64,000 bases of DNA, taken from positions 154,196,001-154,260,000 of the forward strand of contig CM059431.1 in the NCBI GenBank assembly GCA_030390025.1. The letters run 5' to 3'. A program made the translations under genes and the position numbers. Source of the stretch: Squalus acanthias (lineage: Eukaryota). A model generated the notes under the pieces. The model saw nothing but the letters and a program-made list of their open reading frames with translations, had not been told where the DNA came from and searched no databases. The stretch's first letter is position 1, and the number at the start of each line of letters is the position of its first letter. Shown here one piece after another: positions 1 through 11,465 of this stretch.

Positions 1-275
1 TCTATGACATCTGGTTACCGAGCCATTTTCCAGAGAAAACCTTTCTCCCTACTTACTCCATTCAAACCCCTCATAATGTTGACTACCTTGATTAGAATTC
101 CCTTAACCTTCTCTGCTCCAAGGCGAACAACCCCAGCATCTCTAATATCTCCACATAACTGAAGTCAATCATCCCTGGTATCATCCTGTTAAACCCAATC
201 TGTACCCTCTCCAGGGACTTGTCATCCTTCCAAAATTGTGGTGCCCTGAATTGTATACAATACTCCAGCTGAGCC
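1..275 (-). mobile_element. CR1-type LINE 3' fragment (decayed ORF2 C-terminus)
   Basis: ORF 92..466 contains LEYCIQFRAP..LERVQ..RMIPGM..SY.E.L..LGLFALEQRRLR, the CR1 ORF2 C-terminal motif. Confidence 0.8.
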
Positions 276-899
276 TCCTGCGGATCTCTAATATTGACCT
301 GATTGTATGTACTAAAAATGTTGAAATGAATCAAAATTAGGTGTTGTGGTCTGTGCTGCTGGTGAAAACGCATCGACCGCTCACAAAAGGCAAGTGGTAT
401 CATTCCACATAATCGCATGGGATTGCATGTTGGGATTTTGATTACAAGTCCAGTTGTTATGTTCATTTTGGCTTTAAATTAATGTGAAAAACAAGTATTA
501 GATGTGAGGAGAATTATAGTGCCATGGTATAAAAATGTAATGTAAAGTCAGTTTAAGTTACATTGGACAGTGAATACTCCAATAACCTAAATTGGCTCGC
601 GGTCCACAAAATCCACAAATTTATCTTGCTCCTGCTTAAATCAAGTCATTCACCAGCCCCTCCCACTCTCTGTAACTCAGTGTTTTGCTGAGTCTGGCCT
701 CTCGTGTTTTACATAGAATTACATAGAATATATCGCACAAGAAAAGGCCATTTAGCACAACGTCGCTGTGCTGGTGTTTATACTTCACATGAACAACCTA
801 CCATTCTATCTACCTCTGTCACACGTTAAGCATACATTCAATTACCTTTTCTACCGTCCAGTTTCCTTTTCAAAGCTTCTAATCTATTTTTGCCTTACC

Positions 900-1135
900 A
901 TTGACTGTTGATTATTGTATCATCTCAGCCCCATGCTCCATAATTTCCTCCCTAAAACTCGTCACCTCCTTCTCCTCCTTCCGTAAACCCACCTTTTTCA
1001 ATAAACCTGTTGTCATCCACCCCTCCTAATAGCTCCTTTTTTACGCAATGTCAACTTTTTCTGATTATGACTTTGTGATGTGCCTTGGGACATTTTTCTA
1101 TATTAAAGATATCATATCAATGCAAGCTATTATTT
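900..1135 (+). mobile_element. L2-like 3' tail remnant
   Basis: Ends with gccttgggacatttttctatattaaagatatcatatcaatgcaag, a decayed version of the L2/SINE 3' terminus (…gcgctatataaatgcaag). Confidence 0.5.
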
Positions 1136-1339
1136 GAAAGGTTGTACATTTGATCAGCCTGCATGATAGTCATATTAGCAGAGTCATATCTGTTAACAGA
1201 TATCACAGACTCCTCTATAATCATGCTTTTGTATGTATGGTCCATTCAGCAAGGCAGTCCCACATGAATTCGGACAGAATGGTATTTAGTCGGAGTTGGA
1301 AAACCTGGTAAATCGTAATGTTGACACTTCTACCCCTGA

Positions 1340-3160
1340 GGTCATATTATGATACAGCACAGAGGAGGCCATTCCACCCATCCTCCCTGTGCCGGATCGA
1401 TGGTGGAGCTTTCCAATTAGTCCCACACCCCTGCTCTTTCCTGTATTATTCATTCAAGTATGCATCAAATTCCCTTTTGAAAGTTACTATTTTATTTGCT
1501 TCGACCACCCTTTCAGACAGTGCATTCCAGAACACGAAAACTCGCTACGTAAATAAATATTCCCTCAAGTCGCCTCTGGTTCTTTTGCCAGTTACATTAA
1601 ATCTGTGTCTACTGGTAACAAAACATTAAGCTACTGGAAACGATGTATCCTTAGTTAGTCCATCAGAACCGTTTATTTCTTTTGAACACCGCTATCAAAT
1701 CCCCTATCAAACTTCTCTGCTCTAAGGAGATCAACCCCAGCTTTTCCATTCTCTCCACGTTAATGATGTTCCTCATTTCTAGTGCCATACTAGTAAATCT
1801 CTTCTGCACCTATTAAAGGCCTTGACATCCTACCTAGAGTGAGGTGCCTGGAATTGAACACAATACTCCAGCTGCCGCAGGGACCGCGTTTTATAAAGGT
1901 TTATCATAACTTCCTTGGTTGTGTACTATATGCCTATATTAGTAAAGCCAAGGTTACCATATGGTTTTTAGCTGCCATCTTTAAAGATGTGTTTACATAC
2001 AAACCCCAGCATATCTCTTGTTTCATGCACTTTAAATCAGTACCATTTTGTTTATATTGTCTTTCCTCATTTATCCCACCAATATATCTCACTTCAATCT
2101 CCTCTGTGTTAAATTTAAAATACTACGTGTCTTCCCATTCACCAAACTGTCAATGTCGTCCTGATGTATGTAACTATCTTCCTCATTGTTAAATACATTT
2201 GCAAGTGTCATGTCATCTGTTAATTATAAAATTGTTCCCTTTATACTCAAATCCAGGTCATTAATATCTATCAAAAAGAGCATTGGATATGATACCTTTC
2301 CATGGGGAACAACACGTCCCTCCAGTCTGAAAAACAATGATACACAAGTATTTTGTTTACTTTTCTTTGTAAATGTTGCATCAATGCTGCCAGTGACCCT
2401 TTAATGCCATAAAATTTAATTTTTCTAACAAGTCTATGATATGGTACTCTATCAAATGGCTTTCGAAAGTCTGCATGCATTACATTAACTGTACTATCCT
2501 GAGCAACTCTCTCAGTTACTTCATTAAAAACTCGATCCAGTTAGTCAAAAACGAATTTCATTTAAGAAACCGTCTTAACTTTCATTTTTAGTCCATAGAT
2601 TTCCAAATGGGAATTAATTTTGTCCTGGATTATTGTCCCTACTATTTTCCTGATATGTGGTATGTAAATTGTGTGCTGCAATAACATTTTATGAAAGGCT
2701 AAATAATCAATACGGACCTTGTATTATTGGTAATTATTCAGTTATATTCTAATTATGGTTGTGAAATAGAAGTCCTCGAGGACAATTGTCTCGAAAAGTT
2801 TCCACACCACCGACGTTTGGCTGACTGGCCTGTAATTTCTGCGTTTAACCCTCTGCCCTTTTCAACAGCGGTGTCACATTTGCAATTAACCATGCTCCTG
2901 GCACCGCACCCTTATTTACGGAGGATTGGAAGTTGCGGAAAGAGCCTCTGCAATTTCCACACTTACTTCCCTCAGTAACCTGCGATGCATCCCCTCTGGA
3001 CGTTGAATACTGCCAAACGTTTAGGTACTTCTCTTTATAAAAAATCATATCCAATATCGCCACTATCTTCTCCTTTAGTGCTTCATTTGCAGTATCCTTC
3101 TCTCCGATGTAGACCGATGCATAGTATCAGTTGAGTACCTCAAGCATACACTCTGCCATG
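1340..3160 (-). mobile_element. Old CR1 LINE fragment (RT to 3' tail)
   Basis: Minus-strand ORF pieces DFRKPFDRVPYHRLVRKIK and WLIANVTPLLKR; 3' tail cagcacagaggaggccattc near 1355. Confidence 0.8.
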
Positions 3161-3849
3161 TACCCACAGGTCAAAGAAGGGTTAAAAAGACCTTCTGCTG
3201 ATTACCAGCTTACCACGCAACCACACCCGCCCCGATGAATTATAACCTTGCCATCCGGAATATCTTTAGCCCTTCATCACTTCCAAGACAATAAACAAGC
3301 CCTGGTTCAAAGTGGAGTGTACAAGGAGCGACATCAGCAGCCATAGATAAAATACCGGGATCCGGTAGACAGAGCGAAACCTTTTACCGAACTGACGGAC
3401 CAGAGCTCACTGTTGTAAGCACATGCTCACAGACCAGTATGGTTCTGGACAATCTCACAATTAATGGGACTCCATGAACCTTCCTATCCTCAAATAAGTC
3501 GGACATCGTCACGTGATTTCACGAGAGAAGAGCAAAGGGCCTGAAAATTTCTTCGGGTGAAAGGACCATGTTGATGATTCTATTCGGAATCATCGAGAGA
3601 TGGCGCCTTAATAGAATCAGTGTACCGCAAATTCAGTTCACTCCACTTGACATTAACAAGCAGCTGAATGCACAGAACACATTGAATGAATTTGGTCTTG
3701 ACTATATCACATCATTAGCTGCAGAAGAGCTGAACTTCAGAAATAGTTGTCCCTTTCACCGAGGCAAGCTATTCAAGTGCATCTTATGTTGACATTAGAT
3801 GGATAATATGTAAAGACCATACAGCTGTGTCCTAAACACAAAGTCAACA

Positions 3850-5450
3850 CCAAACTGGATCCAGCCAATCCCCGCCCTATTAGCCACCTCACAATATCAG
3901 CAAAGTAATGGATGGACTAATCAAGCAACATTCATTCATCAATAAGCTGCTCACCGACGCTGTTTTCTGTGGTGCCTCAAATCCTCGGATCCAGTCTTGT
4001 TTACAGATGCAAGAGTTTAGTGCCACAGAAGAGATAACCGGAACTCACCTCGGCAACAAGGCAATATTTTACTCAGTTTGGCACCATGGAATCCTAGCAT
4101 AATGAGGCCAATGCGAATCAAAGGGTCTTACAGAAGTTTCCTTGATTGGAAATTTCGGATTTGGGTGACGTTTAGTGGCGGTGTTTTATGTTGAAAAGTC
4201 TCGACCTCCAACTTTATATTCGTAACAGTGTCATAAACGAGTAATACATTTAAATACTTTTGGCAACCGTGGAACTTTAGCGTTGGAGTTTGCATTTGGA
4301 ACTTTTACTTTGCTATATTGCGCTTCCTGCAGCAAGCTCATTTCTGAATAAAAGCAAATACTTCCTGACCTGATCCAATATTGTAACTACAACGTTTTAA
4401 TATCATTAAACAACTACAGAAATCAACGGCAATGGGCCCATGCCTGTACATTAAGACACAATAATGGTGCTCAGTACATTTTGAATGCTTACCTTATGCT
4501 GCGGCTCATGATTCTGATTCCAGACAGTCTGTGTAAGTTAGCGTTGTGTGTTCTGCAGGTTAATGCACACACCCTGGGTAAAGATCAGTTACACATCACA
4601 GTCATATACCCGACCTTCAGCCTGATCAGTAGAGTCCCTTCCCGCCCTGTTCTCTGGTGCACGTTTCGACTTGAATCAAACACGGCCTCATTCGCATTGA
4701 AATGTTCTGATGAATTACTGATCGTTTCAGCAAAATCATTAATTCTGTGTGCGATAACAATGATTACATTTCCAACAGCTCTTCCCTCTGCAGTTCAGAA
4801 AACGCCACAAAGAAACCGGTTTCTGCAGCGGGAATCAGTTTGTGTCCTCAACTGAATTTTATTGCTCACCAATAAAACAGATTATTATCGGACTATAAAA
4901 GGGCACAGATAGCAAGGGACAAAGATCGCTGTTATTTTCCTTTCATCAAGCACCAGTTGGAAGGAAACAGTGAACTCTCTGATTTGAAACGCTTTGTTTG
5001 GAATTATCTTCGCTTTCGATCATTAACTGTTTCTTTGCCCAAATTCAAACTCTGATTAAATGAACGACATTCGCATCGCAACTGTATTAATCTCAGTATG
5101 AGGCCCGTTTTAATGTTAAGATATTTCTTGTTGCCCTAATTTGTACAATTGCCGTCACAAGTTATTTTTCTATTAGCAACAGGACAATGGTTATAAAATC
5201 CTGGAAATAGTCTCCAGTTAATGAGTACAGTCTTCATCAGGATGTTCACACCCATCAGTATCAGACTCCGGTTTCAGTAACTGGAAATGAACCAGCAAAT
5301 GTGGGTGGTAAACACGAGACATTTCTCCTTTATCGGCCTTTTAAGCTTTGGTGGTGGTGATATCATTTCACATTTTCATTTAATCTTAATTCTAACAGTT
5401 TGGCAATGACTTCAAATTATTGTCAGACTGAGAAACTTTGAACATTGAAT
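3850..5450 (-). repeat. Copy A of an inverted paralogous block (partner ~39170-40680 +) with a promoter/first-exon-like segment
   Basis: Reverse complement shares colinear exact words with copy B: tgcaccagagaacagggcggga, tactgatcaggctgaaggtcg, cacaacgctaacttacac, gtcgagacttttcaacataaaacac. Both have AAG|GTAAG at the same position. Confidence 0.8.
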
Positions 5451-7749
5451 TGATTTCCAAATTAACTTTTGTAGTTAATATAAATATTTACAGTTAATGC
5501 TACCTCTGTGTCTCCTGCGTGTCTCATTCTACTTCTGCTTTTTTCTTCAGAAGCTTTCATTCTGTGTCCTGCGCCCTCTGCTAAGTTACGGAGATCGCTG
5601 CTTCCGTCACCGATTCTATCCGTGGCCTTTAAGTGCTGCTTTCGTCCGCCACCAGTTCCATATCTGTTTCTCCCACATTAAGATTTCCATCAGCTCTATG
5701 TTTGATTCTATCCTAACTAACTTCCCCAGATGCACTTTCCATTTCGCCTGCTCCATGCCTGCCAGAAATTCCTTTACATCTGTAAACGTCTCCAGCTCTA
5801 CAACGTTCCTTCAACCTTAACTCTCTCCCATAATCTTTTATTCCTTTCCCCATCTGCTGAATCCCTGATTGACACTTACCCTTCCTTTCTTGCTGCTCCT
5901 TTCCCGACCTTCTCCACATACGTTCGACTTCCTGCTCTATTACTGAATCTCCAACTCCTTTCCTCTCCAACTGTCCCATGCCTGATTTTCTTCGCTGCTA
6001 CCGTCCCCATCCTTGTGCATGTCGGTTTCCCTATCCACCACAATGGATAAATCAAAGCAAGTCAATGTTTTGACGAATGAATTGGCTATGGTATATTGGG
6101 GAGCTTCATTAAAACGCATGACTGTGGATAGGCAATGGCTGACATTTAAGGAACGATTGCATGAAGTGCAGCAGTTATACATTTATTTCTGGTGCAAAAT
6201 GACAAAAGGAAAAGCGACCCAAACATGTCTAACAAAATAAATTAAGGATAGTATTAGATCCAAAGAGGAGACTTATAAAGTTGCCACTAAAAGAAGCAAG
6301 CCTGAGGATTGGGAACAGTTTAGCAGTCAGCAAAAAAGAACCAAGAGATTGATTAAGAGGGGAAAAATAGAGTATGAGAGTAAACTTGCAAGAAATATAA
6401 AAGTGGACTGTAAAAGCTTCTACAAGTATGGAAATAGGAAACGATTAGTGAATTTTTTTTAGTTCCCTTACAGTCAGAAACAGGGCAATTTATAATGGGG
6501 AACAAGAAAATGGCAGAGCAATTATACAAAAAAAATGGTTCTGTCTTCACGGAAAATGACACAAATAACTTCCCAGAAATGCTGGGGAACCAAGGGACTA
6601 GTGAGAGGGAGGAATTAAAGGAGATTAGTATTAGTAAAACAATAGTGCTGGAGAAATTAATGGGACTGAAAGCTGATAAATCCCCAGGGTATGATAATCT
6701 GCATCCCAGAGTGCTAAAAGTGGTAGCCATGGAAATAGTGGATGCATTGGTTGTCATCTTCCAAAATTCTATAGAATATGGCACAGTTCCTGCAGATTGG
6801 AGGGTGGCGAATGTAACCACACTATTTAAAAAAGGAGGGAGAGAGAAAACAGTGAACTACAGACCGGTTAGCGTGATATAAGTAGAAGGGAAAATGCGAG
6901 AGTCCATTATAAATGATGTGATAACAGGACACTTAGAAAATAGCAACTGGATTAGACAAAGTCAAAATGGATTTATGAAAGAGAAATCGTGTTTGACAAG
7001 CCTATTGAAGATTTTTGAGGCTGTAACTGATAGAATAGATAAGGGAGAACCAGTGAATGTGATGTATTTGGATTTTAAGAAGGCCATTGATAAAATCCCA
7101 CATAAGACGCTAGTGTGCAAAGTTAAAGCAGATGGGATTGGAGGTAATATACTTGCATGGATTGAAAATTGGTTAACAGGAAACAGAGAGTAGGAATAAA
7201 TGAATCTTTTTCAGGGTGTCAGGCGGTGACGAGTGGGGTACTGCAGAGATCATAGCTTGGGCCCCAGTTATATACAATGGGCCAGAAATTGATCTAGCTC
7301 CGTTCCCGCGGGTGTAAGGAGCAGGCGCGGTAATACATACCGCGTCTGCCGTTTCTTCTTTTCCACGGAGAAAATTCATCTTCTGGCTGATTGAGTGCAG
7401 GGCAGCGTATGACGTCACACTGCCCTGCAGCACAGCGTGCGCGTTGCATCGCGTGCGATGTGGAGTGAAGACACGCCCATTAAGGTCTCTTTTCCATAGG
7501 CCACGCCCCCGATTTTTTTCTCCACTGAAACCATTGTACAGCTGCTGAAGACACAGTTTTCTCACTGTTTTAGGTGGAATTTGCAGTAAGTAGGATTTAA
7601 ATGCATGGTTTTGTAAACTTTTAAAGATTTTTAGTATAATTTGAGTAATGTTAAACATTTGCAAAGAGATTTAAAGTAATTTAAATAGTTTTAAAAGCAC
7701 AGAAATCATTTTTTTCAGAGATTTAACTGTTTATAATCAGCAAACGAAA

Positions 7750-8406
7750 ATGGCTGCTATCAGCACTATCCAATTTATCAAAAGAACACAGAATTTCAGT
7801 GATGATGATCTCCGTACACTTCTTGACGAGGTAGAATCGAAACGTTCACGGATAATTGGAACTCAGAAGTCCAAGCCGCCGCGAAAAGGCCAAATGGCAG
7901 CGTGGAAAGAGGTTGCTCAAAGTGTGAGCGCAACCTCGACCATTCCACGTACAGCTGAGCAATGTCGCAAAAAATTCAGCGATTTATATCGAACGCTGAA
8001 GGTTTGTATAGTTATAACAAAAGTCAATGTTAAAATGTCTTAACATTTAAAATGAAAAGCCTTGAAAAAGTGTTTGTTTGCTAAGCTGAGTTAACTGAAG
8101 TCACAAGATGCTCCCACAAATTTTTATGGCTTTTGTAGCCAGGCAAGTCTCATAAAATGCTAATGTCATCTTGATTGAAATGCTTTGAGCTGCTTACTGA
8201 GTCCTCTTGAAGGACTGTTGCAGAAACCCAATGTGGAAGTGCAGCTTAGTAAAATAAATGAGTCTCTTGAAGGACTCATGCGAATAATTTCTGCTGCAAT
8301 TACTGTGACTCCATCAGAACCAACCTTACCTGCTCCCAGCGCAGAATCAGTGCAGGTCCAAGAGCCACCAACGATGATGCAATCAAGAAAGCGCAAGAGA
8401 CGTTAG
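7750..8406 (+). pseudogene. Harbinger Myb/SANT-like (trihelix) DNA-binding protein, two exons (7750-8001, ~8143-8406), disrupted
   Basis: KRTQNFSDDDLRTLLDEV…AWKEVAQSVSA…RTAEQCRKKFSDL is a Myb_DNA-bind_5/MSANTD-like pattern. Donor AAG|GTTTGT after 8001; acceptor ttttgtagccAG at 8142 is in frame with ORF 8185..8406 (ends RKRKRR) but two stops intervene (8161, 8176). Confidence 0.8.
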
Positions 8407-8911
8407 GGTGTTGCATGTTCCACAATGCACATCCATTGACCCTCAGGAATAGATTATTTGTGGTTAAATTTTTCAAGTGTTTAATTTTTAGTTTTATTTA
8501 AAACTTACATGTTTACATTTTTCTTTATTTATATATATATTTGACACTGAAACTAAAAGTTAGCTTTTCATTGAAAAAGTACAGCCTTTAGTCACTTTAT
8601 AAAAATTCAAATTGTTTATTTTCACAAAAAAATTGAACATTTAAACTTGTTTACATTTAGGAAAGAGTTATTTCCCATCTTGAATGTCTTTACTGCATTA
8701 ACGAAGCAAAAAAGTTACTGAGAACTGTTAACAAATTTTTAAAAAATCTATTTCTGTTTACGATTGTTTACAAAGTTGAAAAGTAGCTAGTTAACATTGG
8801 AAAGTTATAAACTATGTAAAGCAACAATGAACCTCACAAGTCTGTAATGCTGCAATAAAAGAGCACTGTTTCACTTTAAATTGTGTCTGTACCTTTATTT
8901 GCCTTGCTGGT

Positions 8912-9225
8912 GGAGAGGGAGGGGGAGGGGAAGGGGGAGAGGGAGAGGGAGGGGGAGGGGGAGTGGGGGAGGGGGGGGAGGGGGAGGGGGGGGAGGGGGG
9001 GGAGGGGGAGGGGGAGGGGGGAGAGGGGGAGGGGGAGAGGGAGAGGGAGGGGGAGAGGGAGGGGGAGAGGGAGGGGGGAGAGGGAGGGGGAGGGGGAGAG
9101 GGAGAGGGAGAGGGAGGGGGAGAGGGAGGGGGAGGGGGAGAGGGAGAGGGAGAGGGAGGGGGAGAGGGAGGTGGAGAGGGAGGGGGAGGGGGAGAGGGAG
9201 GGGGAGAGGGAGGGGGAGCGGGAGG
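8912..9225 (+). repeat. Near-pure purine (GAGGGA/GGGGGA)n tract
   Basis: About 310 bp of G/A hexamer repeats, directly visible. Confidence 0.97.
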
Positions 9226-9237
9226 TACAAGGCGACA

Positions 9238-9752
9238 CTACCTCGTGAAGGTGTTGGCTACCAGCTGCTCCCGAGCAGCCTTACTTTGAGCAGCAGTTGG
9301 CCCTTCCCCATCATGCCTTCCCACAGGCACATTGGCATTGTCCACGTCCTCCATTTCTGCAGGTAGTTCATCTGCAGCGTTAAGGGTCAGTCCTTCCTGC
9401 AGGGCAAAGTTATGCAAAGCACAACAGGCCACCACAATCTTTGCTACTTTCTGAGGAGAATACTGCAAGGTCCCCCCTGACCTGTCCAGGCACCGGAAGT
9501 GTGATTTCAGAACTCCAATTGTCCTCTCCACCACTTGCCGTGTGGACACGTGTGCCTGGTTGTATCTCTCCTGAGCCTCATTATTGGTCTTGCGGTAGGG
9601 AGTCATCAGCCATGGTCTTAGCGGGTAGCCCTTGTCGCCCAATATCCATGCGGATCCTGGAGGCAATGCGTTGAGGACGCCATATAAGTCAGAGTTACGG
9701 AGGACGATTGCAAAAGGGCATCTTTCTCTCACACAGGCTTCCTCCTCAAACT
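9238..9752 (-). pseudogene. Harbinger (HARBI1-like, DDE_Tnp_4) transposase, C-terminal half only
   Basis: WILGDKGYPLRPWLMTPY…ERYNQAHVSTRQVVERTIGVLKSHFRCLDRSGGTLQYSPQKVAKIVVACCALHNF is diagnostic. The N-terminal GAIDGTH/PGS.HD region is absent. Confidence 0.9.
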
Positions 9753-11465
9753 GAAAGTTGTAATGAAAAAATGGAAATAGTTGTTAAAGTAACTTTAGTT
9801 AAGTGAGTGGCTATAAAATCAGGTCAGGCTATGGTGGGACACGTGCGCTATCAGCTTGGGAACACATCTACCCGCCACACGGCCCTAGCTGATTTTCCAA
9901 AACTGTAACATTTTCATAAATTCATACATACATACATACATACTTACTTACTTACTCATTTTCATCTTTAAAACTTTTTGAAACGTAAACAGTTCATTTT
10001 TAAACTTTCATTTTCACAGATAGATACCTAAATATGCCTTGTACACACCCACAGTTGCTATACTACTCCAAATGGTCAAAACCCGTTTTTAAATTTTTTT
10101 TTTTAAACTCTTAACTTATAAAAGACTTCATTTAAAACTTTTGTGTCTTTCAGATTTAAAAAACTCACCTCAGTAGCCACACTCCAAAAGGATTTCTTCC
10201 TCCTACTATCTCGGTAAATGTATAAATGGCTGCTGCTCCTGGTTTTAAAATGTGTAACTGCTAGGAGCTTACACACACTACTCTCATTCACAAAATACAT
10301 TAATTTTCCGACGCACGCGCAGAATCACCAGCCCACGCGATTACTCGCATATCCATGAAACTGACCAGACATGAAGTGCCGGTTTCCAGCGCATGCGCAG
10401 TGCATGCAGAAAACCGGCAATTGCAGAGGGAATACGCGAGTGTACGCAGTGCGTACTCTCGCGCACCAGGATGAACTTTTGGGCCAATATATATCAATGA
10501 TTTGGATGAGGGAACCAAATGTAATATATATCCAAGTTTGATGACGACACGAAACTCAGTGGGATTGTGAGTTGTGAGGAGGATGCAAAGAGGTTTCAAT
10601 GCGATTTAGACAAGATGAGTGAGTGGGCAAATAAATGGCAGATGCAGAATAACGTGGATAAATGTGAAATTATCCACTTCGGCAGAAAAAGCAGAAAGGC
10701 AGAGTATCGCTTAAATTGTGATAGATTGGGAAATGTTGAAGTACAAAGGGACCTGGGTGTTCTTGTACACCAGTCACTGAAAGCAAGCATGCAGGTGGAG
10801 CAAGCAGTTAGGTAGGCACATGGTATATAGGCCTTCATTTCAAGAGGATTTGAGTATAGGAGCAAGGATGTCTTACAAGAGTTATACAGGGCCTTGCTGA
10901 GACCAAAACTGGATTGCTGTGTGCAGTTTTGGTCACCTTACCTAAGAAAGGATATACTTGCCATAGAGGGAGTGCAGCGAAGGTTCATCAGACTTATTCC
11001 TGGGATTACAGACCTATCGTATGAGGAGAGATTGGGTTGACTAGGCCTGTATTCATTAGAGTTTAGAGAAAGAGAGGGTACTCATTGAAACGTTTAAAAT
11101 TCTGACAGGGCGAGACAGACTGGATGCAGGGAGAAATTTTCCCCTGTCTGGGGGGTCTAGAACGAGGGGTCACAGTCTCAGAATACGGGGGAGTACATTT
11201 AGGTCTGAGATGAGGAGAAATGTCTTCACTCAGAGGGTGGTGAACCTGTAAATGTTCTACCACAGAAGGCTATGGAGGACAAGTCATTGAATATATTTAA
11301 GAAGGAGATTGATAGAAATCTAGACACAAAAGACATCAAAGTGTATGGGGAGAGAGCAGGAATGTGGTATTGAGATAGATGATCAGCCATGATCATATTG
11401 AATGGCGGAGCAGGCTCGAAGGGCCTACTCCTGCTCCTATTTTTCTATGTTTTCTATGTTTCTAT

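Larger units (their letters stand above)
7279..10485. mobile_element. PIF/Harbinger DNA transposon (internally deleted, two convergent genes)
   Basis: 3-bp TSD AAT (7276-7278 / 10486-10488). Imperfect TIRs GGGCCAGAAATTGATC vs GGCCCAAAAGTTCATC. Encodes a Myb/SANT protein (+) and a HARBI1-type transposase C-terminus (-). Removing it restores the CR1 PQL.TIYINDL sequence. Confidence 0.92.
6040..11465 (+). mobile_element. CR1 LINE (5'-truncated, ORF2 pseudogene), interrupted by Harbinger at 7279-10485
   Basis: ORFs 6495..6881 and 6894..7193 (KSPGYDNLHPRVLK, WRVANVT.LFKKG, YLDFKKA.DK.PH). The sequence resumes at 10486 (IYINDLDEGT); tail tttctatgtttctatgtt at ~11443-11465. Confidence 0.92.

Noticed and set aside
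3550..3615. Possible tRNA relic (minus ttaaggcgcca…)
   Set aside because: No T-arm/B box or cloverleaf can be built.
4481..4855. 124-aa plus-strand ORF in the duplicated block
   Set aside because: No recognisable domain; indels between the two copies do not keep a frame, and the conserved signals lie on the opposite strand.
8876..9366. Gly/Arg-, Glu/Gly- and Pro/Leu-rich ORFs in several frames
   Set aside because: Translations of the G/A hexamer tract, which has no stops in any frame; not genes.
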